Positions 33,630 through 47,584 of a stretch of DNA of 64,000 nucleotides are shown here, piece after piece. The stretch lies in the NCBI RefSeq assembly GCF_001447785.1, contig NW_015172015.1, positions 309,418 through 373,417 of the forward strand. The letters are read 5' to 3'. The DNA comes from Gekko japonicus (lineage: Eukaryota). Every line of letters starts with the position of its first letter. Position 1 is the first letter of the stretch. The notes under the pieces are model-generated. The model saw nothing but the letters and a program-made list of their open reading frames with translations, was not told where the DNA came from and did no database searches. The translations under genes and the position numbers were made by a program.

Positions 33630-34085
33630 GAGCAGGGTCTTCTGCAGATGCCAGTCTGTAAATGGGCAAAACCAGAAACTTGCCTGTACACGTTCTGTCT
33701 CTTTTGTAGCCCCCACCTTATAGAATGGCCTGGCTGAGGAGGTCAGGAAGACTCCAACTCTCCTGGCTTTCTGCAAACTATGCAAAACTGAACTATTCAA
33801 GAGGGCTTGTTTACACAGGCAATAAAGTCGCACTGCACTAAATGTTTCAAAACTTATTTGGGTAAATTATTAGGGATTGTGGTCTGTACTACTGTGTATA
33901 CCTTACTGAAACTAGGGTCCTATTACATATTTTTTGCATCATTTAATGTGTCATGTTAATACTTTTCTTCAGGGTTTTTTTAGACTACTGGTTGATTCTA
34001 CAACCCTAATTCCTATTGCATTGTTTATTGAATCTCCATCCTGTCAATTGCATTGACTCACTCTGTGTAACCTACCTTGAGGGAA
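33630..34085 (+). mobile_element. L2 LINE 3' fragment (approximate bounds)
   Basis: AP.L.NGLAEEVRK...FCKLCKTELFKRA, similar to the L2 end at 49060-49200. Confidence 0.5.
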
Positions 34086-36945
34086 ACTATGAATAACCTA
34101 AATAAATAATTAAAAATATGGCCAAGTAAGTGGACATGGGATTGCAGACTTTGACATGGGTTAGAAAGTGATGTGAGCTATTTTTAAATTGGATGTAAGA
34201 TATAGAAAATCGATGTTTTATGTTCAGATTACATCTGTTTTTTAGATTTATATCCTGTACCATCCTATATGCTTGGAACAGGGTGAAGCAGTTTTTCTGC
34301 ATACACACATTCCTGTTTCCAAAGGCTCATAATTGCAATAAGAGGTTAATTTGCTGCCTCCTACAGGGCTGAAGGTTTGTTCCTTAGGCTGGGATTTTCC
34401 TAGGTGACTTTTAGGCCCATAAATCATATTGGTTTCCAGTAACTGCTGCATTTAGGTCACAGGTTCTTTGGAAATTCTTGGGAATTTTATCTATATTTTC
34501 TGTTATCTGCTTAGTTGCCTCTGTTATAAACACTGGAAAGAGAATATTAAGATAGATGAATGGACAACAAAGCTCATGGTTGCTTTGTTTATCTATTGGC
34601 AATCCAATTCAGTTTGCTTTGATCATAGGGCTAGTCTGGTCAGGTGCAGATCCAGAAAGCAAATCCCTGCTCCTTGTAAGTCAGAATTCTATTTCCTTTC
34701 ATTTTCTACACTGATTGTTAATATTAGTAATTTGAAAACTGGAATTTTCATGTCAACATGAGGAGCTATGCCCCAGAATGCAATGGTGGAAATAGTAAAT
34801 CAGTTTCTGATGAAGGACAATGCCCTACTGCTCCTGAAGGATATTTAAAATAGATATGAGCACATGTACTCTATGTATCAAAATACTGGAGAATTGTGTT
34901 TGTACCTAGATTAGTCTACATGATAGGCTGTCATTAGATCCTACTGATGCTGTTTGGATATTTGAAAAGAAAAATTAAATCCAAAGATAAGTAGTTACAA
35001 CCAGAGGGCCAAACAAGGCAAAATACTAGAAAAGATCTGTGATCAAATCTCCAACATGCTTTTTTGCTAAATAGCATTTGAATGGGGACCAGAATGGGAA
35101 CGCAAGGGTGAGGAAACACTCTGTTGTTTTTCTTCAGTGTTTGTCTTTGGGGGGGGGGGGGGTTTAGATTGTTTTCTGTCATTTCCCTCTCCACACAGTA
35201 GTGAGGTCCTGATCCAAACCTGTCTTCCTGTGCTTGGTATTTAGTAATCAAGAGCATGTGGAGATCACAACTCTTCCAGTGTATTCTCTGGTTTGGCCCC
35301 TAGATACAATACTTCCATGTGAAGACAAATTGGGAAGGAGGTTAGAATTGTGATACATTTCAGAACAAATGATGATATTTCATAGTTTTGTTTGGATTTT
35401 TTGGACTACTAGATACTTATAAGTGGAAAGTCTATATCAGTCTTCTGGTAAACACATATCATTGATACTTTATGCATGTTTGTATATTTTCATAGACTTT
35501 TCTCTTTAAAGCTTTGTGTTTAAAATTTTAAAAATTGCACTGTATCATGCTACTGAAAGCAGGGAGACAATAAGCTCATGTTGACCAAGGGTACTGTGCT
35601 GAGAGAACTGGACTGTGGGGCTGGAGATTGCTAAACAGATGAATCAATGAGAAAAACAGTTGGACTTTCTGTTATTTTTATAAGTTCACTGGTTATAGTA
35701 AGCCCCTTTACCTCTCATGAGTGTTTGTATTTGAGTACTCTGAGTTGGCTATCAAATGAATTGTTCCTTTGGAATTGTGGTGCAATGTAGGTAAAGCTGA
35801 ATGGAATTTTCTGTTTAAAGTTGAATTTTCCTTTGGGGACCCATTTGTTAGGTCCCATCCTGCCATTTCCCAAGAGCAGCTTGAAAATTATTATGTTGTT
35901 AAAATAAAGCTGGTAGTATAGGCCAGAGGACAGCTGTGAAAGGAGCTCCTAAAATATAAGCTCCCAGATTGCATGGTTTTGAGAGAGATGCTTGTTACAA
36001 CTTCTTTTCTACACCACAAGGGGGAAATGTGGCAAGGATGCACTATATCTGTTATCAGTGGACTTTTTTTTCCAAGAGAAAATTGCACAATAGATGACTT
36101 CAGAAGTTAGATTGTGTTGCAAAGAAGCACAAAGTGGGTGCAAACCAGAAGTGTTAAATTCCAGTCAAGGAAAGGCATGATGTGAAGAAAAAAATGTTGA
36201 TTTTTTTATTTCTTAAGAATACACACAACCTGAAAGTGTTTTAGTTTACAACCCAAATCACTTCAGCTCTGAAGTCTGCAAACTGCCATTCCTGATCTCT
36301 CCATTATTCAAATGCTGGACAGTTCAGTCTTAAAGGGGCAGTAGCATATAAACAAGCATAAAACTTGCGTCAGCTATTACTCCCTGTCACCTCCTCAGAA
36401 AAATAAAAAAAATTCTCATATTTACATATGACACAGCAGATAGCATACAGAGATCTGGTAGAAAAATGGCGGGTAGTATTGTGAGTAATACCAAGGTATT
36501 GTCTTCTGTGCCACAGTTAGAAAAGATGCTGGTAAGAGGCTGTTCCTAATTGATCATGTCAGCATCTGTGGGGCTCTTATTTCTCTAACCAGACAATTCA
36601 CATATGCAGGCACACTCAAATCTACCCAAAGATGCATAGGCATATTCATATAGGTATGAAATTTGCTAGGCCGTAGTAGATGTTAAGCTAAAATGATTTG
36701 GCTGTAGGGCTTCTGAGATCTGCTCAAGTGTCCACTACTTTTTGCATGTCTTTTGGGGACGTTTAGAAGTCTTTGGAGCACTGTGAGACTTTTGTAACAA
36801 AGTTGGGGGTATGTAGGGGAGTATGCCCAAACCTGAGGATATAGAACTTAAGGTGACAGCAGGCTTACTGGATTGTATGGAGTGCTGATAGCTGGCTGTA
36901 TTGATCTCTGGCAGCATTGGCCTGCTAAATTTCCTCTCTTCCTAG

Positions 36946-37027
36946 GAAGCATTTGGAAGAAGCTCCCTTGATGACACAGGCACAGCGAGATGCTCAAGTG
37001 AAGGAGAAGTTGGAGCGCTATCCAAAG
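36946..37027 (+). CDS. ASPSCR1: ASPSCR1 exon: KHLEEAPLMTQAQRDAQVKEKLERYPK
   Basis: cctag acceptor, GTAACT donor, phase 2 to 0. Confidence 0.95.
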
Positions 37028-37688
37028 GTAACTGTGTCTTAAGGTCTCTTCCATTTTTGCGTAAATTTTAAAGAGGGAGGTCAACTAGAAGGTGTACATG
37101 GTCTTAGGTGTCTAGGCTTTTATTACAACTGACTGTTTCCTCTTGGATACACATCTCCTTCAGTCTCACCAACCAGGTGAATTACTCAGTTGGCAAATGG
37201 TTTCATTGTGGCAAAGCATTTGTTCATTAAAGCTGGGTGTGTGACTGGGATGTCACCTCTTCTGCTCCCCTTCTTCACTTATGATATCCCCTTCTTCACT
37301 TGTGGCATGCAATTCCAGCACAGACATGATATCACTCTTGCCACATTTGTGGAATCCAGTGGGAATCCATGGTAGTAATAGCAATAACACTTAGCATTTA
37401 TATAGTACTTTTAGAGTGTTCAAAGGGCTTCACTTGTATTATCTTGTTGTAAGCCAGGTGAGTCGCTATTGCTCCTCATGTTACAGATGAATGGGAATAT
37501 TCTGGTTTGTAATTCAGTTCAATTACTTATCTTTTGTAATTTCTTATTTGCCATGACATTTTGGGAAGTCATGCTGCCTTGGTCTCAACTGCTGTTTTGT
37601 AGAAAGCTGCAGATTTTTGAGAATGAGTTTGTCATGCTCAAAGCCAGAGGGCTACCTGAATAAACACATGTTCTTTGTCTTCACCTAG

Positions 37689-37755
37689 GTGGTATTGAGA
37701 GTGTACTTCCCTGACCGTCATATTCTGCAGGGCTTCTTCCACCCCAATGAAACAA
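37689..37755 (+). CDS. ASPSCR1: ASPSCR1 exon (UBX domain): VVLRVYFPDRHILQGFFHPNET
   Basis: cctag acceptor, GTAAGA donor; UBX R..FPD motif. Confidence 0.95.
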
Positions 37756-39261
37756 GTAAGAGTATTTTGTTTTCCAGCTGCTGCCTTATAGAGACATCGA
37801 GCGACAGCTCTTCCTTTTAGACCCTAGTCTTGCCTCTAGGGTCTTTATTTGGGTGATGATTTAGAAGGATCCACTACAGCTTGGGCACTGTGAGCTATTT
37901 GGAGGAAGGCTGTGATTCTGCTTTAAACAGGATGTGTTTCTGACAACTGCTTGGTAGCTTCTCTTCCAGTCCACTTACAGCAGCATTAGTCATGCCCAGA
38001 TGAAGCTATTGAACAACAGGGTGTTGGTCCAGTATAGTGCCAGACGGAGCCCAAAAAAAGATTTGGAAATACTGAACTTGAATCAGTCACTCTGATTGAC
38101 CGTGCTGAGGCCAAAAGCAAAACCAGGCTTCCTGCACCTCTAAATAGCAAACAGCTAGAACTTCCTGGTGCATGACAGGGCACACACCCAACTGCGCTTT
38201 CTGGTTCTACCTTAGATCCAGGCTCTTCTTTAAAACTAATTGTCTGTTCCTCCCAATGAATACCTATTCCTCCTTAGGCCTGACATGTGTCATTGAAAAT
38301 TCTTGGAGGGTGGCAGTTCTTTTGCACATCAGCTTCTTCTACTAAGGCTGCCTAGGGTGGATTTCAGAAGCTTCTGCTTTCTTGATGTAAGGTGGTATCA
38401 CCAAGTCTATGGCCAGTCTATCGCCAGGATGCTGGGTTGGGGTAGGTAAAGATCTGACATGGTGCCATACAGATACTTGAGTGCAAAAGAAGAAAGATGG
38501 GTGGATCAGAGATCTCTGATTAACTGCTTTGAAATGACCAGTCATTTGTGTAACGGTTGTGTTTGACTTTTAAAGGAAAAGCCTGGTTATTTAAATGTAA
38601 AGAGAAATGTAAAGAGGACTCGACAATACTGTTTGTGGTGTTCAGTCTTTTGCTAGGTATTCATCTCAGTTTGACTGTCACCTCCATTTAGAAGCAGCCA
38701 TGTGCTTGCAGCATTATCTTTCTCTGATTCTGGTAGTATTAGTTGCTTGTGATAGTAAATGGATAGTAAATGGAAGTCTACTTAAGTTACTTCATTCAGA
38801 GAAACAGCAAAGCATTCACAAGGGCTGAGAGATGTTTTAGACAGACAGGTAATACTAGAAGAGATGTCATTTGAAGAGGCTTCTTCATCTGTCCCTAGCC
38901 CAAAGACTGGTTCATGTTGTGAGGCCCTTGTGTGTATTTTGGAAATGAAGCAGTGGTCTTCAGTAGGAAAACAGATTTTTTCCCCCCCATAATTGAAGGA
39001 TGGTTAAAGTTGGAGAGTTTTCTCTTGAATGGAGGAAAGAGACTTCTTTTGGGGCAGGAGGGGCAAGGATATTGCTCTTGGGAGCAAAGACTCCTTTTGG
39101 GGGGGTATCTTATAATAGTGCTATCTAATCAAGATCCCTGCTCTTGCACTTTCCTCTCCATGGGTCTTTAGGATACTGGTAGATGATCAATGACCCAAAG
39201 ATAATTGTATTCAAAATATCTCCTGTTCCATAAAGCCCTTTTCTGTTGCTCTCTTTAACAG

Positions 39262-39324
39262 TTGGTGCTTTGAGGTGTTTTGTCAGAAGCCACCTTGCTG
39301 ATCCAGAGATGTCATTTTATTTAT
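39262..39324 (+). CDS. ASPSCR1: ASPSCR1 exon (UBX): IGALRCFVRSHLADPEMSFYL
   Basis: aacag acceptor, GTAAGT donor, phase 1 to 1. Confidence 0.93.
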
Positions 39325-39577
39325 GTAAGTTTTGATTTATTTTAACTTTACAGCGGAAGTTTCAGAATAGTGTCCTACTGTTTATTATTGGAAAAAATGG
39401 TCTCTTCACTACTTAGATGAAGGTATTATATACTAACTCCAAATTTTAATTGTGATAGCCAGTAAGGCCTCTTGGATGTATGTATTTCTCGCCCACCCAC
39501 CCCCGGTTCTTTCCTGAACCAGCCTTTTTTCCCCCTTCTTGTTCACTTCCTAATCAAACTTTTGTGTTTCACTTTAG

Positions 39578-39630
39578 TTATTGCTCCTCCCAGATCCATC
39601 CTGAGTGATGACAGTTTGACCCTCTTCCAG
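39578..39630 (+). CDS. ASPSCR1: ASPSCR1 exon (UBX): FIAPPRSILSDDSLTLFQ
   Basis: tttag acceptor, GTAATG donor, phase 1 to 0. Confidence 0.93.
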
Positions 39631-41831
39631 GTAATGGTTATAGTCCCCTGTCCTGTTTAATTTGTTTTCCTTATTGCAAAAAGCATTGTTGTTTCTTTCT
39701 TTTTTTTAAGGATTTGAGTAATTACCACTGTGGTTCTTTATTAAAGCAAGAATAGATTGAATCTAAAGTTACAGAACCTAAGTGGTCTTCCCTCCCTTGT
39801 GCTGCAAAATATTGTGAGGACTACCCGTTGATGAGTATAGGTGCTTTTTGACAGGTCTCTTTTTGTAAGAGCAAGACATGATCTTTGATGGGAAAATCTT
39901 TGATGGGAAAAAAACTAAATTCTATGCTTCTGTGAAGAGCTTGCAAGACTGGGAAATCTGGACTACAGTACAGAGGGACATCACCAGCATGATAGGGGGG
40001 TGGGACATAATAAAGTGATCAAACTTTTAAAATGACAGATTATTATATCTGTGTTATAAAATTGGTTTGGCTTGGTACTGTTTTCAGTACCATGCAGGAG
40101 AGGTTGATTGCAGCTCATTTTAGTGCTGAAAGATACGATGTCTCAAACTCTTTCATAGCAAGTTAACCCAGCTATTCAACCCTGCACTGCAATTTGACTG
40201 TACCAAAACAAGAATATATAGCACATTATGCACACATCTGCTTGATGACTCAGAAATAAGCCTCGCTATGTTCAGTGGTGCTTGCTCACAGGTGAGTATG
40301 TGTAGGGTTTCAGCCATAGTCTTTCAGTGACCCTTACAGTGTCCACTTAGATCCTTTACACTGCAGATAATGCCAATGAATTAGGCAAGAAGGGTCTTCC
40401 TTTAAGGAACCTTTAGTCTGCACTTTTGACATTGTCTGCACCTCCCCTCAGAGGTGGCTTTCACATATTGGAGCTACTGTTGTAGCAGAACTGCAAAGTT
40501 CTGAATTGTTATACAATCTAAAATGTATCTTGTGTGAGCTGAATTCCTGTCAGGCAGCATTGTCTCACTTGATGATGCTGAGATGAACCTCTCTTTAGGA
40601 AAAGGGGATGGTTATTAAAGAAGGTATAAGCCCTCCCATCATACCTGCACCCCAAGCATGTGTATGTATCTTACTGAGTTGCACCTTGGCTTCTGGCACC
40701 GGTCACCTTTTAAGGCAATCCAAGAAGTTTGAGTTGATCATCAGTGCTGAAGATCATTGCAGTGACCTTCCCTTCTTCCCCTTTCTTGGGATTAATCTTC
40801 CAATTTCCCTAGAGATTTCCTCCTGATTGTGGGACCATGCAGACTTGTTTCCTCTTCTCGCCCCCATTCTTTCTTTTGATCTTCATGCCCCTGGGGCCTC
40901 AGACAAGAGTACACACTTGCCAAGTTAACAGTCTGTCTCTGTTTCAGGAGGCTTGAAAATTTGTGCTTTGATTTTAGAAGATGAAGAACTGCTTACGCAA
41001 AAGTGTTTTTAGTTGAACTAGCTGGGGTACTGATTTTTTGCAAAATTGGGTGGAACTGAAGCGTCTAAGCCAACAAACTAACTGGCTGTAGATTTCTTGC
41101 CCAAAAAACACTATGCAGAACTAGAGCTGTCATTTGAAGGGTATGATAAACCATCAGTCACTTGGAGGTTGAGGGGTCATACAGAGTGTAATGGGAACTG
41201 TTTGCATAGTGTATGTCAAAACCTCTCGGGCAGCATATTGAATTAGAAAAGGATTAGTGCTCCTCTGAAGTTGTTTATAATGGAGCTTTCCCAATTCCAT
41301 CTCTTCCTGGCCAGGCCATGTGGATGAGATACAAGTGCAGCTGCTGTGAAAATTACTGAACGTATAAAGATCCAATAGCAAGACTTCATCCAGGTTTTAG
41401 GCCTGTCCCCTTCTTGATGCATGTGCTTTGCTGTAGCCCCCCTGCCAAGAACCTTAGGTTCATCTTCCATCTTCAGTGCAGCCCTACATTGGGACTGTGC
41501 TTGTGCCGTTCTGCCTCAGATAGAATTTATTCTAGTTTTAAATGATCACAGGGGGGAGCCTCTCCCCTTTGGAGCTGACGTGACAGCGTTTTCCTGCCCA
41601 AACCATCATGTGCTCGAGGGGGGGGTGCCCCCCTCACCCTCAGTTTCTTTTCTGACACCATGTAGATAGAATCTCTCTAGCGATCACTTTGTGCTTCCCG
41701 CTCGTTTTTTCAACTGGAAGTTCTCCTTCTCAGTGTTTCCCTGTGAGTTGTGTCCTGTATTGGAACATTTTTCTTAGGTGGTGAGCTTGCTCTCACCAAC
41801 CTACCCCTCTTCCTGTGCCTTTTACTGGCCG

Positions 41832-43712
41832 ATGACTCCCTTTGGGGTCTTCGATGGCCTACAAAGCCCTGTTAAAGAAATGCATACAGTGTGCAACCAA
41901 AATGACCTGCAGCGATGAGCATGATCTGTGCCTGATATGTTTGGGAGAGTCCCACAATGTGACCTCCTGTAAGATTTGCCAGGGGTTTACCCCTGAAGAT
42001 TGCTCTGACAGGGCTTTTTGACTAAAGGCGGCTCTTTGGGAGAAGGCTCTCATCTCCCTCAAACCATCCAAATCAGGTCAGAAATCAGATCTGGTGAAGG
42101 CACCGTCCTCAGTTCATTCGGCCCCTTTGGTTCCCATTCCAGAGCCCTGTTCCAGCCCCTTGTGTGTATGTTCAGTTCCAAAGGGCCCAGCAGCGACCAA
42201 ACTTCATTCACAGCTAAAGAGAAGAAGAAGAAGAAGAGATTGGATTTATACCCCACCCTTCACTTCCCAAAGGTGTCTCAGAGTGGCTTACAAACTCCTT
42301 TCCCTTCCCCTCCCCACAACAGACACCCTGTGAGTAGGTGGGGCTGAGAGAACTCTTGACAGAAACTGCTCTTTTTCAAGAACAGCTGTGCCAGAGTTAT
42401 GGCTTGCCCAAGGTCATCCAGCCAGGTGGAAGTGGAATAGTGGGGAATCAAACCTGGTTCTCCTAGATTAGAGTCCGCGCACTTAACCACTACACCAAAC
42501 TGGCATCTAAAGATGTCTACATCTATGGTCTTGTCCTTGGCTCTGATGCATCCTATCTTGCCATCACCTTCACATCCCATTCCGGCTTCTAGTTCACCGG
42601 AACCCCCTTTAAAGAAGGCGAAGAAAAGCAAACACAAGGAAAAGACAACCTTTTCCTCTGAGCATCATAGGAAATCATCTTCTCCACCTAGATCCCCCTG
42701 GAATCTGATGTCATTTTGGTCCCTCCTCATACTCTGTCGCTGGACTTATACTTCCCGGACATGCAGATGTCAGAGGGTGAAGGAAAATGAGCTAGCCCTC
42801 CACTTGAGGACCCATTGTCTCTCAAGCTGGAACTGTCAAGACCCATTCTAAGGATGTAGTTGAGCCCTCCACAGTGGCATCCTTACTATATGTCCTCTAC
42901 CTATCTACAACAGTGGCCTGATTTTTACTCTCAACATCCTCACCTTGGTTCACCAGGTTATGGTCCCCCCAGGGAGAGTTTTGGTCAACAAGGATCTCAG
43001 CTTCATATGATACCTTCAGTGTCTCCAGAGTCTGAATCTGAAGAAGAAGGAGCTGTTGTCTCTTGTTTTAGCTCAGAGAGTCAATCTGAAACCTCCCCAG
43101 ATGGTAGGGTGGGGGATTCCACTCCTGTCTCTCCAAATGAGGATCTGTGCCTGTATGGTGAACAAATGTTAAGGATGGCTAAGGCATTGGAAATAGATGT
43201 CACGACATCCGATAACAAGCCCAAAGATAAGATTTTGAGCCATCTCTACTTGGATTCTCTGGGCATTGTGGCCTTTCCTGTTCTACAAAGCCTGGCTAAT
43301 CTCTCATCTCGGGTATGAGAGAAGCCCGAATCTATTCTGGCAACTTCGTGTAGGGTTGAAATGCTGTACAAAATCAAGCAGGACTCTTTCAAGTTTCTGG
43401 CAACCCATCCTCCACCTTTCTCCCCTGTCACCAAGGAGATGCAGTCACGTCAGAGGCAGGGCAACATTTGTCTCCATCAGACAAAGAGAGTAGACATCTA
43501 GACTGTTCTGTAGCCTTGAATTGCCAGGCTATCATGCTACCCCCTTCTATTGCAGCCTGTGTTAGCAGCATCAGAGTGTCCCCCAGTATCTTCACCGCCA
43601 CTACCAGCCTCCTCCTTTTCAAAAAAGGGAGAGCTTGACTTGACCTAGATCAGGAAGCCACCAGGTTCCGCAGAGGGACCCGAGTCAGCAGCAGCAGCAG
43701 CAGAAGTTCTGA
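41832..43712 (+). pseudogene. DIRS copy C gag remnant
   Basis: N-terminal KKCIQC...DEHDLCLICLGESH..TSCKIC finger, LKAALWEKAL, PVSPNEDL...RMAKALEI; ends QQQQQKF-TGA. Confidence 0.75.
42221..42506 (-). mobile_element. Squam3-like tRNA SINE inserted in DIRS gag
   Basis: A/B boxes on minus strand, (CTT)n tail, 7-bp TSD ctaaaga at 42214-42220 and 42507-42513. Confidence 0.85.
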
Positions 43713-44787
43713 CTAGAGGTTGAGCCCTAATCAGAAGCCCCCTTCTTTTGGGATAGGCTTGCCTGCTTTTATGCAGAGTGGCAGAGTATCTGTTTGGATA
43801 GTTGGGCTTTAACCATAGTTCATACCGGGTATTTTTTAGAGTTTACTTCGCTGCCCTCTTGCTCCTCTACTATAGCAGCAGCTGACAACCCGTTCCCCAA
43901 GCTCCAGGTGCAGCTTCATGAACTTTTGCAGAAAGGAACAGTTGAAAAAGTTTCCTCTGGCCTTCAAGCTCAAGGTTTTTGCTTCTTGACAAACAAAGAT
44001 GGGGGATGGGGGGCCATCTTTGATTTGAGGAGATCAAATAACTTTTTGAAAGTTTCAAATTTCTCTTTCACCAGTTGTGGAATTTCTTACTCTGGGCTTT
44101 TGTTTTGGGGTAATAGATCTTAAAGATACCTATTTCCACATAACCATTCATCCCGCACATAGGAAGTACCTCCACTTTAGGCATGGTTCTGAGGTTTTAC
44201 AGTATTCTTCTCTTCCCTTTGACCTAGCCACGGAATCTAGGGTTTGTACCAAGTGCATGGCTGTGGTGGTGGCACATTTGAGAACTCAGGGGTATGTCAT
44301 TTTTCCCTACTTGGATGACTGGCTCATTGTAGCTCCCTCCAGGGAACATGGGATGTCAGATATAAATTGGGTTTTGGTGACCTGCCAAAGGCTAGGGCTG
44401 GTAAGTTTGATTCTAAGAGACCTGCCCCGGGGTGCCCCAGGATCAGTAAACCTTGTGTGGTGGAATGAGGATGATAACCTGTTCAAAAGTGTTGGTTTTG
44501 GATTTTGGGTGCCAGAAACGACCCTTACCACTGAGGTGTCCTTGACAGGATGGGGAGCACATTGTGAGGGCCTTTCCGTACAAGGAAAATGGTCTTTGCT
44601 GAGCAGGGAGCTTCATATCAGTATTCTTGAGCTGCTAGCAGTTCATTTCGCCCTTACTTCCCTCGCAGATATTCTCCAGGGCAAGAAGGTCCTAATTCAG
44701 ACAGACAACACAACCTGCATGTTGTATTTAAAGAAGCAGTGGGGAACGGGATCAAAGACCCTGTGTGCTGGGAAGTGGCTTTCAAGA

Positions 44788-47137
44788 CACTAGGCAGGGC
44801 TGCCCTTTGTCCCCATTGTTGTTCGTGATAGCGATAGAACCCTTAGCAAATGCAATTAGGTAAAACCAAGATATCCATGCAGTAAAAATGGGGGGGGGGA
44901 TACATAAAATCAGCCTTTTTGCAGATGATTGTGCAATTTATTTTACTAACCCTTATGACTTGCTGAATTATCTGAATGATACTATAGCTCAGTTTTCTTT
45001 GGTATCTGGTCTATGTGTCAATCTCACGGAAACGGAAATTTATCCTGTTTTTCTCACATCGCAAACAGTAAAGCTAATCAAAAGGAAATTTAGGTATAAG
45101 TGGCTAGATAAACCATGGAGATCTCTGGGGATAATGATTCCACAACGCCTAGAAGAACTTTTTGAATGCAACCACAAAGCAGTGCATAAAAAGATAACTC
45201 TTAAAATAAAAGCATGGAGCACACAATTTTTTTACATGGACAGAGAAGCTTGATCTTATCAAGAGTATGCTCTTTCCACAATTTCTATTTCTTTTTCAAA
45301 ATGTTCCCATTCAGATTCCATCTAAGACCTTGAAAATTTGGCAATCCACTCTTAATTTTTTGTGGAATAACAAGAGACCAAGAATAGGGTCTAAACTTCT
45401 CAGTTGTCCACTGGACATGGGTGGTTATGGTTTTCCAGATCTGTCTAAATATTATGAGGCTGCACACTTAAGAAATCTCTTAGCCTATTTTAGTCTGGAT
45501 GACATGGGGGGGGGGGTTGGAAATAAAAAGTGATTGCCCGTGTTTCATTGGAGATATAGTTTGGGCTTCCCCCAAAAATAGACCCTGTGAGGTCAAATTA
45601 AACCCCTTCCTGGATGCTACTCAAAATGTTTGGGATGCACACAGAAAAACCTTAGCCCCTGGGATATCTCCAGCATCATCTTTCCTAGGGCAAGCTTGGT
45701 TTCCCCCAGGCAAGTCTTTAGCAGAATTTCATGTTTGAAGGAAAGCTTGTTAGACTTCGTGATATAACAAATAAGGGTATTATGAAAGAGAAATCTCAGT
45801 TAGAACAAGTAAGTTCTATGAAGATTCCATGGTATCAGTATTTTCAGGTGAGGCATTTACTTAGGTAATGGTAAAGGTTTCTCTTGCTCGAAAGCCAGTC
45901 GAATCCGACTCTAGGGATGCGGTGCTCATCTCCGTTTCCAAGCCAAAGAGCCAGCACTGTCCAAAGACGTTTCTGTGGTCATGTGGCCGGCATGTAGACG
46001 CCGAGCACATGGAACACTGTTACCTTCCCACTGAAGTGGTACCTATTTATCTACTTGCAATTTCTTCCTTTCGAACTGCTAGGTTGGCAGGAGCTGGGAC
46101 TAGAGATGAGAGGTCACTCCGTCATGCAGCACTTGGGTCTCGAACTGCTGAACTACCGATCTTCCGGTCTGCAGTTTCAGCATCTTAACCACTTGAGCCA
46201 CTGAAGCCCCAGGCATTTACTTACAGACCCAGTAATTTGATGGGGTCTTGAAAGGCCTAGCACAGAATTTGAGCGTCTAATTACACAATGGAAAGTAGGT
46301 AATAGAGGGCTCATTACAATGATTTACAAGTGGTTAAATGATAAATATTGGACAAAACCAGCAAATTATCAACAACACTGGCACCAGGATTGTGCAATGG
46401 ATGTCACTGAGCATCAGTGGGCAAAAATTTGGTCATCTACAGTCTCTCTAACGAGAGCTATTAATATATCGGTAAGTATCCAACTCTGAAAAATTGTTCA
46501 TAGATGGCATCTCACTCCATTACGTTTGCACCACATTTCACCCTCACATAGCCCCAATTGTTGGAGAGGATGTGGGCAGCCTGGTTCTTACATTCACTGC
46601 TGGTGGACGTGCCCTGTAATGGTGTAATATTGGACCACTATTTTTTAACTGATTTATGACATTACTGGGCACAATATCCCTATGAGGCCAGAACTTGTCT
46701 TGCTTAATTTATGGGGTGGGATAGATGTTCATGCTGTCAGGAAAGATCTCATTTCTTATATGTTGGTGGCAGCCAAGACTTTAGTGGCTAGGCATTGGAA
46801 AAATAGTAAACAACCCTCATCAATTATGTGGTTTAATAAGTTATGGGAATACCTAGTCATGGACAAAATATCAGAAGTTATAACCTTGGCAGAGAATCCA
46901 GATTTTTTTAAACACTGGTTTCCCTTTTTTGAATATATGGAAAGACATAGTAAGCTGAAAAAGGGACTTCCAGAGAATTTGAAGGTTATAGCTATATGCT
47001 GAATAGCTGTTTGGTTTTATTGCTCTTGTGTTTTCTGTATTTTTAATTCTGTTTTTATTGTAGCAGTTTCCTAATAGTATGTGCTACTGCAAATCGTTGC
47101 TATATTATATAAATAAAGGTTATTTATTTTTTAAAAA
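44788..47137 (+). mobile_element. 5'-truncated L1 inserted in DIRS RNase H
   Basis: Starts at [12 protein letters not shown], then LFADD, GGYGFPD, CWRGC...HCWWTCP, AATAAA and A-rich end. Confidence 0.88.
45864..46210 (-). mobile_element. Sauria SINE, full-length, inserted in the L1
   Basis: Perfect 13-bp TSD aggcatttactta at 45851-45863 and 46211-46223; ACCTTT-type tail; homologous to 31538-31764. Confidence 0.92.
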
Positions 47138-47584
47138 GAATCATATTTCCATCAGGGCCATTCATATAGCGGCTTCTCTGAACTCTACTGCTGATCAGCT
47201 AAGCAGGGTCTACCTTTCAAACTACAAATGGTCTATCCAGACCACGTATCTGGTTCAGGTGTTCAAAAGATGGACCTGTTCACTACCTATGAGTCCAGAA
47301 AAGCCCTAAGTTTCTGCTCTCTGGCAGGCAGTGACCCCACATCACTAGGGGAATGCATTCCAGATCCCCTGGAAGGGAGCTCTCTTCTATGCCTCCCCTC
47401 CAATTTCTCCTTTGGGGGAACGTTCTAGGGAAGATTATGATGGAGAGTGCAGACTGCATTCTTGTTTTGGCCATGGCAGATGTGGTTTGTGAGACTCCTT
47501 CAGTTGGCAGATTCGGAATACATAGAAATTCCTCTGAGCTGGGACCCCCTGTTACACCACAATGTAGAATGCCTGCATCTGACA

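Noticed and set aside
34087-34600. Possible old L1 3' remnants
   Set aside because: Too degraded to define strand and bounds reliably
42420-42504. tRNA gene
   Set aside because: A/B boxes belong to a SINE head with body, tail and TSD; no full cloverleaf
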